From: Octopus vulgaris
Lineage: Eukaryota
Length of the DNA: 64,000 nucleotides
Assembly: GCA_951406725.2 (NCBI GenBank)
Contig: OX597825.1
Span: 61,566,001-61,630,000 of the forward strand
Reading direction: 5' to 3'
Shown: piece by piece, positions 41,142 to 55,520 of the stretch
Position numbering within the stretch: the stretch's first letter is position 1
How the letters are laid out: every line of letters starts with the position of its first letter
Notes under the pieces: model-generated
What the model was told of the DNA's origin: nothing
Seen by the model: only the letters and a program-made list of their open reading frames with translations
The model's database searches: none
Position numbers and translations under genes: made by a program

Positions 41142-42917
41142 GTGTGTATGTTTGTGTCTCCTTCTTTTGATATCCTGTGGTAGTTGTAACTGAGAAATAT
41201 CATAACACATGTGGTGAGGTTCATATCCGGATTTTTTTGTGAAAGCATAATGTCTGGCTATAGAAAACCCGTTTGATTGAAGTCTATCTGACCCATGCTA
41301 GCATGGAAAAGTGATGACAATGATGATGATGGTGATCACCATCGTCACGGTGATAATGATGGCAGTAATAACATCAATGATGATAATAATACTGATGACG
41401 ATGGTGATGTTGATGATGTTGATGATGATGGAGATGATGACAATACTGATGACTATGGCGACAAGGATGATGACAATGATGATAATTATTGCAACAATGA
41501 TGATGATTATTATGAAAATGATAATGAAGATTATGAAATTGATGGCGATGATGTTGATGATGGCAATGATGATGATGATGATGCAAGCCAATTTTTAAGT
41601 ATGTGAGTTTGCATATCTTATTGTTAGGGTTAAGTTTCTGTATCTTGTAGCTATTATTAAGTTACCTAAGATTTTGACTTCATATATGATTAGTATTTAC
41701 AATAATGACATTCTAAATTTGCCATCTTTTATAGAAAAATGAAGTGTTTAAGTAGTTGTTCAATGACATAAAACAAAATAGTAAAACAATTTTTACCGAT
41801 GCTTAAAATCATTTGTAGTCCCTTTATTTTTCTCAACAAATAAAGCCTTAGATTTTACTACAAATTTAATGCATTCTAAAATTCAGAACACAAACTAACT
41901 AATATAATAAAAAAAAAAATATTTAAAATTTTAAAAATGAAATTTGTTATTTCAGTAAGCAAAGTGGAAATAGTTTATGCTAAAATGGAGATGAGAGAGA
42001 AAAAGTCACGAAATACGGGAAGAAAATAATCTCAGAAAATGAGAGAGGGAGGAAACAGAAGCTCATGGAAACATTTGTAAATTTTATATCAAAAGGAAAT
42101 CAACATTACTTTACACAATATTAGAAAGATAAAGAAATTGAGTTTTAAACAGAAAGCATGCTGATGTTTCATTGAACATTTAAAAATTTAAAAAAAGTAA
42201 CTAAATAACAAAAAGACTTTCTTCTATTTTAAACAATTATGTAAAATTACTTACAACTACTTAAATGTTCGGATTCTTTTTATCTATTCCTTTATCATTA
42301 AATCCATTTCCCCTAAGATTGAACAAAAATTTAGATAAAAGAAGAAAAAAAATGAATGAGCAATTTTAATGTTTTATATGTTGTTATTAACTGATCCCTG
42401 ACAGTCATGTTTGATAAAACCCTACAGAAAGAAAACAATGTAGTAAATCAAGGACTTGAAGTCGTTGCACAACTTCTAATGCAATAAATATGCCATGCTC
42501 TGGTCTTGTATCTATGACTGAGGTTGTTTGATGGAGCTGGTGTGATGTGACATTTTATTATGAAATCAACAGTATAATAGATGCTGGCACTTTATCACCA
42601 CCACATATATCTCTGTTTTGAGCAGTAGTAAAGCATTCCCTACTCACCCATCTAAAATGCAAGGTATTCATGTATCTCCTCCACAAAAGTAAACCTGCTC
42701 CAACCCTGCCTTTCCTTCTTTAGTCTCTCAACAGCTTGCTTAAAACAACCTCTCTACCTCCTGTCCTTCCATTCAATTAAACAGGTCTCTTTAGTCTTCC
42801 AAATTACAACACAAGCTCTTTAAGCTAAGACCCATGAAAAGAAAGGCACCCACTCTATAAAAGGACCAACATTATGAAAGCTGTCCAGCCATAGAAATCA
42901 TGACAAAACTGGTACAT

Positions 42918-43250
42918 GTGGGAAGACACATGGTTCAGTGGTTAGAGCATCAGGCTCACAATCATGAGGTAGTGAGTTCAATTCCTGGACTGGGCTGTGT
43001 TTTGTTCTTGAGCAAGACACTTTATTTCATGTTGCTTCAGTTTACTCAGCTGTAGAAATGAGTTGCAATGTCACTGGTACCAAGGTGCATCGGCCTTTAC
43101 CTTTGTCTTGGATAACATTGGTGGCATGGAGAAGAGTGGCTGGTATGCATGGTTGACTGCTGGTCTTCTATAAACATTCTTACCAGGACTTGTGCCTTGG
43201 AGGGTAAGTTTCCAGGTGCAATCCCAAGGTCATTCATGACCGGTTGGAGG
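42918..43250 (+). mobile_element. tRNA/CORE SINE (variant tail)
   Basis: TGGTTCAGTGG A-box, GAGTTCAATTCC B-box, TTCTTGAGCAAGACACTTTA core. Confidence 0.75.
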
Positions 43251-44211
43251 ATCCTCACTGGGACACTGGAGCAAGATATGGTCCTCTAACTCATTGTATC
43301 TTTTCAAAACATTCAACCCATACCAGTAAATAAATCTTCCACTAAAACTAAAGATGGTGAGTAGGAGAAAAAGGAGGAGAAGGATGAGGAGGATGAAGAT
43401 GATTATGATGATGTGAGTAGTACAAAATCAGTACTGTGCAATTACCATGTAATTAGTGACACTATTTCATTACTTTATAATTAATGCCATTAATAATACT
43501 ATGCAATACTGCAGCATTTCTGTGTAATTACTACAGCATTACTGTGTAATTAATATTTTATCATTAGTAATAATGTCGATATTATGTATTGATTGTCATT
43601 AATAGTGCTATGTAATTGCAATCATTACTAATACAATGTCGTTATCATTCTCATTGTCATTCATTTTCTATTCACTTTCCGTACTGGCATGGGTCAGATA
43701 GGTTGATATGATTTAAGTCAATTCTTATTGGGAGCCACTGTTCTGATACAAGGGCAGATAACCACATCTCACTTAGGTATATCCTTTTTGGTATCATTTC
43801 TCTAGCTAGATGCCCTATCTATCACCGATCACTCAACAGCTGTACTGGGTTCATTCTATCCTGGCACCAGCACAAGAGAGGTTATTATGTTCTCAAGCAG
43901 TCAACCCCAAAAAGTCCTCTCAACCCTGTTTTCGTTGTTTGTTTGCTAACTTCTTTTTGGACTTTAATGAGTGTATTCTATTGTGGCAGCAGCACTATAG
44001 AGCTTACTATGTCCTCAATAATTGAATAGTATAATTCAGTAATATTATGGTTATTACAAATACCAAGTTAGTACTATGAGATTATTGCCAATAACACATC
44101 TGTTATTTCTATGTCATTACATTCATAAGCATTTCTATGTCATTATTGTTGTGAACAATACTTTGTAGTTAGTAATAATAATTCATAATTTATTTGTACT
44201 ATGTTATTAAA

Positions 44212-44468
44212 TGTGGAGGTGCATGGCTTAGTGGTTAGGGTGTCAGCACCATGATCATAAGATTGTGGTTTCGATTTCTGGACCGGGCGATGCATTGTGT
44301 TCTTGAGCAAAATACTTCATTTCACTTTGCTCCAGTCCACTCAGCTGGCAAAAATGAGTAATGCTGCGATGGACTGGCGTCCCATCCAGCTGGGGAACAC
44401 ATACACCATTGAAACCGGGAAACCGGACCCATGAGCCTTGCTAGGCTTTAAAAAGGGCGCATTTATTT
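44212..44468 (+). mobile_element. tRNA/CORE SINE (GGGCGCATTTATTT tail family)
   Basis: TGGCTTAGTGG A-box, GGTTTCGATTTC B-box, CORE-like segment. Reverse copy at 52970-53177. Confidence 0.8.
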
Positions 44469-45544
44469 TAAGTTATTAAATAATATCTATTCCATGTGCA
44501 ATGCAGAGTATATCAGAAGAATTGAAATAAATTTAAACAATATAAAGCCTGACTGCGGGTAAAATAAGAATGTAAATATATTCCTTCTATACTATTGATG
44601 TGTGGAAAAAGTGGGAAAAAGTCTTCAGATATACTCTACTGTTTCACTGTCTGTTGTCCTCTCCTCAGAGAAACCATACCTAGCTTTAACACCGTGGTGG
44701 ATAAAGGATAGCCAAATTTGCATATTTTTTAATTTGATAATTTGTCATTAATTAAACAATATCAATTATATATACAGTAGTATAAATGAGTAAGACTGAA
44801 GAAAATTTTAATATTCTAAAGCCTTACTAAGGGATAAATGAGAATGTAAGCACACTCTCTCTTTGATTTTGATGTGCAAAATATAGGAAGGGAGTTTAGT
44901 GGTTATATGGACTGTTTAGTGGTTTAGTAACTTCTCTTCGGAAAAAAAATGTACCAAGTATCTTTTCTCGATTAGAAATACTGCATCTGTAGTATGCAAT
45001 ACTATTCAAGTTACTTGCTTTCTTGATATTGGCATTAAATATATTTGTAGAATTTACAGTAAAAGCTCTTTGAAGCATGATTATTTGAATACTTCTCTAT
45101 CAATATTTGAATGCCTAAATACTTCACATACCTCCAATTGTTTATTTTTTTCTCATATATATTTTATATTAAATACTCCATATAATTCATAAACAAATAA
45201 AATATTTTTTTAAATGTATAAAACAACACAAAACAGTATATAAAATAACATTTATAATGTTTGTACAACACTTATGATGCATGCATAAATGAGAAACAGC
45301 ACTAGCTGTAGTATTTTGTCTCATAGAAATTTCTAAAAGAGTTTTGTGAGACAAAAAACTTTAGGGTTTCATGCAGAAATGTTTGTGAATTACCAAATAA
45401 TATGTTTCAACCTGATGTGGTTACCTCAGTGACAAATACCTCCAGATGTTTCTAGCTATGCTAAGAATGCTCGATCTGTTACAGAAATAAGGATACCGCA
45501 TCAAGTACTGTTTCATATTTGTACACTCATAATAAATGTTACAC

Positions 45545-46230
45545 TCACAGAAAATTTTAATCTAAACCCATTTCAAATGTGTGTATTAATTCAATTTTGC
45601 TCTGGTTAAATTTTGCCCAAATCAGAAACTGCGTTGCTTACTGATATCTATATCAAACCATATATGTTCTGTTGTAGATATTTGGCTTAGATCAGAACAT
45701 CTAAGTTATTCATCACTGAGGAGAGTAAATCAGATCAAAACACAGGTGTCTGATGATCCACTGATGTTCTGAGTGAAGTCTGTGTTTCTAAAAAGCAAAT
45801 GGCTTTTGAGAAGATTCTCTAAGACAATTACAGCTAATGCTATTTCATGTGTGTATGCAGATTATTGGTATTATGCACCCCAGTATTTTAATCTAAGAAT
45901 GTTACAAGTTTGTATATTAATTTCATTCTAGTCTGTCTAGCTTTTGCACAAATCAGCAAAAGTTTTGTCTACCGATTTCAATATTGGAGCAAAGATATAT
46001 GGCTTCAATCAGAACATCTGGAGTTTTCGTAATTGATGAGCAAAATCAGACAAAACACAATGCTTTATGATCAGGCATCATTTTGAGTAATGACTTTTGT
46101 TTTTGACACTCAAGTCTATTTGACAAATTTCTCTGAGACAAAATATTATGACTAATGATGTTTTACATTTGTATATACATTTTAAATGTTACAGTCAGGT
46201 ATTCAAATCTTTAGATATTACTAATTGTAT
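45545..46230 (+). repeat. Diverged ~320-330-bp tandem repeat, each unit with a hammerhead-like motif
   Basis: Paired landmarks: TTTTAATCTAA (45555/45886), CAAATCAG (45618/45949), ATCAGAACATCT (45691/46008), TCTCT.AGACAA (45816/46130). HHR at 45710-45756. Confidence 0.6.
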
Positions 46231-47054
46231 ATACATATACAATGCATTGAATATTCTAATTGAGATAAGTTTTAGACTGGCTGCTGTATATTCTAAGAAT
46301 ATGTATCACTTAAAACGATGCTGGTTTCATTATAAAATTACTTTCCAGGATTATTGAAATGTCACAATTTTGTTAGATATTTATTTTTATTTATTTATTT
46401 ATTTTCACCTCAAAGAAATAATAGGTCTGATATAAGTGGTTTGTAAGTGTTGCGGTATAAATTGTTTTTATCTCTAGTTTCTAGAATAAAGTACCATCTG
46501 AATTATAGTCTTCTTCATGTTGATTTATTAGGGTTATCTGAGGCATGGTTATTGTTAATCGAAAAACTATACGATAACAAATTTAGAAATAAATATAAAA
46601 TAACAAAATAAACATGATAAAGAGAACACTTGAAGGATAATTTCTTCTGTGCGTAAGAGATAAATAAGTGATAACTTTATAAGTGACTTAGCTTAATTCT
46701 AAGCTTGAAGCTAAATAAATTTCTTGGAAATATTTCAATATTTTTCAGTTTGTTTTTCAGAACGAAACATAATTAAGAAGCAAGTCTATGTCTGAAAAGA
46801 ATGTAAGTAGTGGCCCCAGAAGGTTACGTACCTTATCTAAGAAACTAAAGAGACAGAAAGAAAGAATTCTTGTATGGAAATCATCCAGAATATTGTTGGA
46901 GTTGTCATCAGTGTTGTTGGTGTTGTAGTCACTATCAGCATTGTCATTGACATCACCAGTTCCATCCTAATGACCTCCACTACCGATATCATTGTTGTCA
47001 ACATTGTTACCAATGTCATCATTTTACCATCCACTTTTTTCCCCATGTTCGCAA

Positions 47055-47500
47055 TCATCACCATCATCATCGTCGTTTAACGTCCGCTTTCCATGCTAGC
47101 ATGGGTTGGACAGTTCAACTGGGGTCTGGGAAGCTACAAGGCTGCGCCAGGCCCAGTCTGATCTGGCAGTGCTTCTACCCTTGATCTGCCCTTCCTAGCT
47201 GATCTGCACTACCTACCTGATCTGCCCTTCCTAACACCAACCACTCCGTGAGTGTAGTGGGTGCTTTTTACGTGCCACCGGCATGGGGCCAGACGAGGCT
47301 GGCAACGGCCACAATCGGATGGTGCATTTTACGTGCCACAGTCACAGAGGCCAGTCGGGGCGGCGTTGGCAACAGCCATGTTCGGATGGTTCTCTTACGT
47401 GCCATCGGCACTGGTAGCACAGCTACAATTTCCATTTATGTTGATTAATTTCAATTTTCATTTTCATTTGCCTCAACACGTCTTCACAAGTAGGGTTTGT
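47055..47500 (-). mobile_element. RTE LINE 3' UTR fragment
   Basis: Reverse-complement homolog of 40670-41000, ending in GACGTTAAACGACGATGATG. Confidence 0.8.
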
Positions 47501-47560
47501 GTCCAGATGAAATCTTATTGAGTTACATTTTTCGACAGCCAGATGCTCTTTCTGTTGCCA

Positions 47561-47789
47561 ACATTAACCTGTTGTTGTTGTTAAGCAACAAGATGGGTAA
47601 GGGTGATTAGGTGATGGTCTAGGGTTTAGGGGTGGGAGACCCCAGACCTTGGAAAAAGACAAAAACTTTGGTCATCTTGTTGTAGTCAAGGGCTCTTTGT
47701 TAACATCTGACACCACTGGGAGGTGGCCCTCAATGTCTCTGGAAATGGAGATCTCCGGGTCCAAATTCTTGAACAGCACATTAACCTGT
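47561..47789 (-). mobile_element. Short 5'-truncated non-LTR insertion with (CAA)n tail
   Basis: 12-bp TSD ACATTAACCTGT (47561-47572, 47778-47789); (TTG)n tail on the left. Confidence 0.7.
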
Positions 47790-50165
47790 ATCCTTGTAAT
47801 ATGATATTTTTTTTTTCCTAGTTCTTCAAACAATGGACATAATCATTAGCTAATCATACATTTGTGAAGGGTTATAAGCTAATTCATCAGTCAGTATGCT
47901 GGTGATCATCATTTACAATTATCATGCACAGAAAAAGGGGGGCATATACAAACACTCATGTGCACACACATGCACACAATCACCCATCCACCCATATATG
48001 CACATGAGCCCCACGCACATACACACACACACCCAAGCATACAACAGGAGCCTTTCATTTTCCATTTAGTAAATAATTAATTTTCACAACATTAGGCAAC
48101 CTGCAGTGATGGTAAAAGTTTCTGACAGACTCATGTAGTGGGAGTGCGCCATAAACTGCATAGTTCTGATGCAACCTTCTTAGCTACACAGCCATGCCCG
48201 AACCATTAAAAAAAGCCCTTCCTCCACCAAAAAAAATAAATAAATAAATAAACAAAAGAAATATATAAAATGAGAGGACTGCGGTAATTTAATTTACTAG
48301 AAATTACAGCTAAAGCTCTCCCCTCCCCCAAATCCCATTCTGTAAAATGAAAAGAGACATATTTTATGAGGACTGCATTATCTTGGATACATTGTGCCTT
48401 AAACAAAGACAGGATGGTAATAAATGTCTTTGGAATGTCATTGATCACAAGGTATTATTAATCAAAGCTGACCCGGAGCTTTTCTCATCACAAATTCCTA
48501 TTAATTATAGCTGACCTGGGTTCTTTTGATCACAAGATCTTTTTAATCAAAACTGACCTGGGGTTTAAAGAACAACATCAACCATAAAAATGAATTAACT
48601 TACAACATACATGCTTGCAACTTATCTTCATGTACAATTCACGATATTTTCTCTCGAATGTAATATTAGGTTCCATGAATTCCCTATTCAACAGAAAATG
48701 AGATATTCATGCTGGATATTTCTTATAGCTTATGGTTTGTGTTTAAACATATTTAATCTTGCTATGCATTCATTCTACGCAAAATGGATTATATCACGTG
48801 GTGAGTTATATAATGTATAATTAACTTTTGTTTGTACACTGGCATTCTTTATTAAGTGAATTTCGTTAACCTTAGTCATTACTCTTTCTGTTCAATGGAC
48901 TGCGATAGGTCTCACAATTGTCCATAATTAGGTTAATTAATTTATCAGAATTATCCAAAAGCATTTCAGATAATAAAGTTTTGATATAGATTGAGTGCAT
49001 GTTGGATTCTGTGTGGCAATTCTAAGCTCTTCAAATGCAACTATGTTAAAACAATACAGTGTCTCTAATTGCATTCTTCTCAGAGTATTAAACTTGTATC
49101 TGTAATCTCTTTTGGAACATTCCGCTAAAGTAAGCAAGCAAGTGGCATTGAAGACATTACTAAGCTGTCAAGAGTAAAGTGAAAGACACTGTTGCTATGG
49201 CTACTGCTATTGCTGTTGCCAGTGGTGGTGGTGGTGGTGGTGGTGGCAGTGACAGTGTTGGTGGTGGCGGCAGCGGTGGTAAGGGTGGTGGTGATGATGA
49301 TGATGATGATGAAAGAGAAGTTTATAATGATGTTAATTACCAGCTGTACTACAACCATCATTATCATCATCATCATCATCATTATCATCATCCTCACCTT
49401 CCTCATCATAGTTGTCATGATCAGGATTGTAACCATTGATATCATCATGCTATCATCAACATCATCATCAGTGTTGCTGTCGTTATCGTTGTCGTCATCA
49501 TCATCATCGTCATCGTCATCATCATCATCAACATCATCATCGCCATTATCATCATTACCAACGTCATCCTCCTCAGTATTGTCATTTTCATTGCCACTAC
49601 TACTGGTGCAACCCCATACCCCCACGCCACACCTTACCACCACCCTTACCCCCCACCACCACCAACACCAACAACAAGAACAATAAAACTATCATCATCA
49701 TCATCATTTTTGTTGCTGTCATAGTTGCTACTACCACTGCTGTCATTACCACCACCAGCACTACTACTACCACCACCAACAACAACAAGAACAACAACAA
49801 CGACAACACTACCATCATTTTCATCACCAGTAGCATTATTAGTATTATAAGCAGTATTAATTAGCTAATATCTATTTTCCAATACTTGTTTCGTCTTCTT
49901 TTATAATACCATTTCTAGCTGGGAGGCATTGCAGGAATATAAACCAGTTCTTGTTCCTCAATGGTATTCCATTTTACTAACCCCAAAAGGATACATGCCA
50001 AAGTTCACTTCGATGAGACGGAAATTCCTTGTAAAGGGTCCTAACCTAATACCATTTGATGTTTTGTTTAATCCTTTCATGATTCTACCATTCTACCCCC
50101 TCCCCACATCCCTAATATTATTATAGCTTGGAGGATTCTGTAAAATGCATTATCTAATGTATTTA

Positions 50166-50370
50166 TTCTTTTACTTGTTTTAGTCATTTGACTGTGGCCA
50201 TGCTGGAGCACCGCCTTTAGTCGAGCAAATCGACCCCAGGACTTATTCTTTGTAAGCCTAGTACTTATTGTATCAGTCTCTTTTGCCGAACCACTAAGTT
50301 ATGGGGACGTCAACACACCAGCATCGGTTGTCAAGCGATGTTGGATGTGACAAACACAGACACATACATA
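50166..50370 (-). mobile_element. 3' half of CORE-type SINE
   Basis: Homologous to 948-1140. Confidence 0.8.
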
Positions 50371-50749
50371 TATATATATATAAATACAAATTGAGATAGG
50401 GGTTGTAAATGCAACCCTCCATGGGATAACATATATCCGATATACTGCTAGTGAAGTACCCAACAAAGTTAATACATAAATGTTAAGGATTGCGATGCAA
50501 TCAATTCATTTACTGTATTATATGGGCAAAGGTAAAATGATTTACCACAAATTACTAATACAAGATAAGAAAATGGAGAAATACATCTAAATCAAATATC
50601 AATTACCAGATAATACTCAATCACATACTTTATTAAACCACCACATAAGAGACTGTAGGGTTAAACATAAAAAAGCAGAACAAATCAGTGTACATAAAGG
50701 AATGTACATAAAAAAGTGTACATAAAAGAGTAATGTTGTATAATAAGTA

Positions 50750-50793
<44 letters not shown>

Positions 50794-51076
50794 GATACAT
50801 ATACAGGGTAGCGAATATTCGTTATAAATATCACCACCAGTGGCTTAGCATGTATAAATAGTCAATGGACAACATATTCGTATTTTAAAGTAGTGTAAAT
50901 TTAAACACAAAAGAAAACTACCCTTTAACTGGTAATTTTTACATGCTAGATATAGCAGCCAACATGGCCAAAACCACAATTTAATTGCAATTTTCAAAGT
51001 AAATGAAAAATAAAAACTTTTACCTTGTGAGTAGATTTGGTAGACAGAAACTGAAAGACATCGAAAGAAGCCCATC

Positions 51077-51134
<58 letters not shown>

Positions 51135-51248
51135 ATGTGTTTGTGTGTCAACAACTAGCCTAAACTGTACTGGTGGTCTACTCAACATTTAAATACACTA
51201 ACCTAATAATACATATTTGTCTAAATTTTCTATTAGTATTATATATAT

Positions 51249-51650
51249 GAGTAGCTGTGTGGTAAATAGCTTGCTTACCAACCACATGATTCCAGGTTCA
51301 GTCCCACTGCATGGCACCTTGGGCAAGTGTCTTCTACTATAGCCCCAGGTCGACCAAAGCCTTGTGAGTGGATTTGGTAGATGGAAACTGAAAGAAGCCC
51401 ATCGTATATGTGAGTGTGTGTACTTGTGTGTCTGTGTTTGCCCCTCCCACCAACATCGCTTGACAACCAATGCTGGTGTGTTTATGTCCTTTTAACCTAG
51501 CGGTTCGGCAAAAGAGACCAATAGAATAAGTTCTAGGGTTAAAATGAATAAGTCCTGGGGTCGATTTGCTTGACTAAAGGTGGTGCTCCAGCATAGCTGC
51601 AGTCAAATGACTGAAACAAGTAAAAGAGTAAAAGAGAAAGTAAAAGAGTA
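51249..51650 (+). mobile_element. Full-length CORE-type tRNA SINE
   Basis: Homologous to 24658-25052, with (GTAAAAGA)n tail. Confidence 0.85.
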
Positions 51651-52169
51651 ACATTTCGTATAGCTCACAGTTTCACTTGCGAATAAAAATTCTTTGCTTC
51701 AAAAACAAGGAATAGTAACAGAAAGCACACCTGAGGAAAGTACGTTGCCTCAATATCTGTCACTCAACTGATGCCTGTATGGAAATTGCAGATGTAAAAA
51801 CAATGATGACGATAATGATGATGATGGTGATGATGGTATTGATGATAATAGCTGAACTCTGCAAAATATAAGTACAAATTGTACAGAAAAGTTAATTTTC
51901 CATACCTGAAAGGAAATGAATGATAAGCAGACACTTTATAGTGTAATTATTGGTAGCTTGTTTTCTACCAATAAACCATTTGATCTTCTCCATCTCAAAT
52001 TAGTGCTTATAATTGCCTAATATAGAACTGAACATAATAAGTACAAGATTGAAATAAGTACTGATATTGATATGACTGTCTGAACCTTTGAAGGTGTTGC
52101 CCCAGCATGACCTCATTTGAACGACTGTGTGTGCATATATATGTGTTGGCGTCAAGATATTTGTGTGTG

Positions 52170-52510
52170 TGTATATGTGCGCATGTGTCATATCACAGGA
52201 TGGCAACACATATTAAACCTTGGAATGGAAGGCAGATACACAATGCAAATGCACATATTCCAGAAACTACCCCAAAGGCATGCAACATCTCAGTCTAAAT
52301 ACATTTGGGAGTTTAAAGAAATCAATATTGTTGCAAATGTAAAACTGGGATTGAATGACTGTGTCATCATACATAAATTTGTTCAAGAATCTGTCCTTTA
52401 TGCTCAACAGAAAAATACCTCATAGTCAAACCAGACATACAGATGCTAAACAAGAGGAATGGGATAACATCATGATGGATCTACCAAAATGAATTCCTTT
52501 TCAAAAATAG
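52170..52510 (+). pseudogene. Penelope GIY-YIG endonuclease C-terminal remnant
   Basis: 'RHATSQSKYIWEFKEINI' (ORF 52117-52425) and downstream 'MLNKRNG...QNEFLF' match the PLE pattern T.LSKYIW.LK...LLNKR.E....C.H.NKFLL. Confidence 0.75.
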
Positions 52511-52710
52511 CATGATCTCTAAACAATAAAACAGACACTAGGACATCCTCTCTGTCTCTCTCTCTCACACACACGCACGAACACACATACACACGCACAA
52601 ACACACATAGACACGCATATATTTTCACTGTTCTCAGTTCTGTTATCGGCTTATGCATTCAGGTGAGTATAGTGGCACAAATGTAACAACATTTAAAATT
52701 TTGTCTGGTG

Positions 52711-52786
52711 AATCTAGCTGAGGAGAACTAATCAAATTTACATTAACAAATGTATTTTGGAGAGCTCGAAACCTAGGTCCTAGATT
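52711..52786 (+). ncRNA. Apparently intact minimal type I hammerhead ribozyme
   Basis: Perfect 7-bp stem I AATCTAG/CTAGATT; CTGAGGA 52718-52724; stem II GA/TC with TACATT/AATGTA hairpin; GAAA 52768-52771; palindromic CCTAGG; GUC cleavage after 52779. Confidence 0.85.
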
Positions 52787-52969
52787 ATCCACATCTGGGT
52801 TTTGCATTTATCTAATCTTCTCCCCCCATGTAAGATGAACGTTTTATGTTCACCACCCGCAAACATCTTTGCCAGTGAAGCTTTACTATAGTGTCATATA
52901 TTATTGACTGCTATTTCCAGTAAATATTGGTGCCTTGTACCACTATTCTATATATATATATATATATAT

Positions 52970-53177
52970 AAAATAAATGCGCCCTTTTAAAGCCTAGCCA
53001 GGTTCATGGGCCCGGTTTCCCAGTTTTTATGGCGTATGTGTTCCCCAGCTGAGTGGACTGGAGCAATGAGAAAGGAAGTGTTTTGCTCAAGAACACAACG
53101 TGTCGCCCGGTCCAGGAATCGAAACCACAATCTTATGATCATGGTGTTGATACCCTAACCACTAAGCTACGTGCCTA
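52970..53177 (-). mobile_element. tRNA/CORE SINE
   Basis: Reverse homolog of 44212-44468 with an internal deletion. Confidence 0.8.
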
Positions 53178-53200
53178 CACACACACACACACACGTCACA

Positions 53201-53237
<37 letters not shown>

Positions 53238-53263
53238 GTATGTATATACATATATATACATAT

Positions 53264-53317
<54 letters not shown>

Positions 53318-54379
53318 TAAGTATGTATATGTATGTATATGTGTATGTGATGACAATATATGAGTGCATAAATGTGTGTGTGTGTTGTTTTATGAATGTT
53401 TTTTCTTTGATTGCTGGTATGGTTTTATGTGTCTCAGCCAGTATGTTTCCCAGTTTCTCCACTTGTCATTGTGTTCATTTGATATGAGACACCAGGGAAA
53501 GCTACCAATTATTGCTGTCATGTATTTTATATATTCATTTTGTGAAATGGTATGGTCCATACTGCTAAGAGGCACTTCTTACCATGAACCACTTACAGAG
53601 AGTACTGGGTGCATTTAATCATACCATTGGCACAAAAGAGCGATCGTCTGTCAGGACTAAATAAAACAGATATGTTAATAATAACCATAATAGCTTAGCT
53701 TTCTCTGCATCTTCATTATCCAATCATGCTTCTGTGTACCCACACCATTATACTCTCTCATGTTTATTGCAAAATACATTTGTGACTCATAGAAAGATAT
53801 AACGATAAGTAGACAACAAGAAAATATTAAAAAACTGAAAATAAAAATATAAATATATGTGAGCAAAACTGAAAGAGAAATTAATATTTCAAAAGTTATA
53901 TCAGTACATTAGAAGAACATAGGAATGGTTGTTGTTTTGTTGCTTTGTTAATTTTTTTTGTTTTATTTTTTTTTTTTTTACACTATGAAATTAAATTTTT
54001 TTTGTTGTTTGAGTGGTTTAAGATATTGAAATAGAAGACAAAAATTGTTGAAAAAAATTTTTTTATTAATATTAAACAAAACATATTCAGGTATTTTCCT
54101 TTTAAAAGAAATATCTTTGCAGTGTATGAATTATGTATAAATTGCATTTTGCTTTTTATTTCTATTTGTTGTTTTTCATTTTCTTTTGATTTATTTTTTT
54201 TTACCTGAAACATATGCTGATTATTTTTTTTTTTTTTATAATTTCAATAGAAATGTTCCGCTTTCAAATTATCAAAGTCGAATAGCATTTATGAGATGCA
54301 GCAATCATACAGGCACCATAACACACACCACACATACAACACAATGCCCACCACACTACAAAACCCTGTTAATATGATG

Positions 54380-54432
54380 TTAACAACAACAACAACAACA
54401 GTAACAACAACAAGAACAATAATAATAATAAC

Positions 54433-54470
<38 letters not shown>

Positions 54471-54486
54471 TATAATAATAATAATG

Positions 54487-54564
<78 letters not shown>

Positions 54565-54630
54565 TAATGACAATAAAAGTAATAATAATAATAATAAAAA
54601 TAATGACAATAAAAATAATAATAATAATAA

Positions 54631-54677
<47 letters not shown>

Positions 54678-54688
54678 GTAATAATAAT
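54380..54688. repeat. (AAT)n microsatellite
   Basis: Visible simple repeat. Confidence 0.95.
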
Positions 54689-55061
54689 CCTTTCTTCATT
54701 CTTGTTTCATGGAGAATGAACAAAAGGATGTTACAGGGACAAATTACAAAGATGGTTTGTTGAAGGCAGTTACAGAATCAATTATTAGGAAAACAAATAC
54801 ACCAAACAACAGTCTAAATTCAAAAGGGGAAATGACAAACAACAAGGATGTCTTAATAATAAGGACGACCAATTGAGGCCAACAAGGAGATCCAACTAAT
54901 CCTGGATTATCTTCACTGTTCAAAAGCAAGTGCCTTCTTCAAGCAATATTCTCTGGCCTGCAAGATCATATTAATGGTCAGCCTATAAGCCTTATCCCTT
55001 TTGCTATACATAGGGATGGTCATCTTTTTCCAATCAAACATGCACTTTATTCAATCTTCAC

Positions 55062-55094
<33 letters not shown>

Positions 55095-55097
<3 letters not shown>

Positions 55098-55482
55098 TAG
55101 TTTTATTTTTATAGCATGCTTTCACTTCACTACCGAGCACAGCTCTGTGTGCCTTGGGTATGTGCTGTGATTTGTTGTGATGCTCTGATGGTTATTGTAT
55201 GGAAAATTATTATTATTATTATTATTATAATTATTATTATTATTGTAATGAGGTTTTCTTCCATTTCTTGCCGAGTGTCTTCCCAACTCCTAGGGCAAAG
55301 AAACTCATAGTATACATTGGTAGGCCATTAAACTAAACTCACTAGTTCGTTCATTTTTGTTTTGATAGAAATAAAGTTAAATTAAAATACATGGGTAGTA
55401 ATAGTTCTCACATCGATAATGCTCTTCTCAATAGGTGTGATGTACCAGTTAAGACAATCTTTTGCACTTCTTGCAGGGATGG

Positions 55483-55520
<38 letters not shown>

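Noticed and set aside
41295-41606. Asp/Met/His-rich ORFs (also 46837-47080, 49125-49864, 54289-54723)
   Set aside because: Degenerate trinucleotide repeats open in several frames; no domain or splice evidence.
48440-48570. Three ~42-bp repeats resembling a CRISPR array
   Set aside because: Degenerate tandem units without unique spacers, in a eukaryotic context with no cas genes; probably a retroelement tail.
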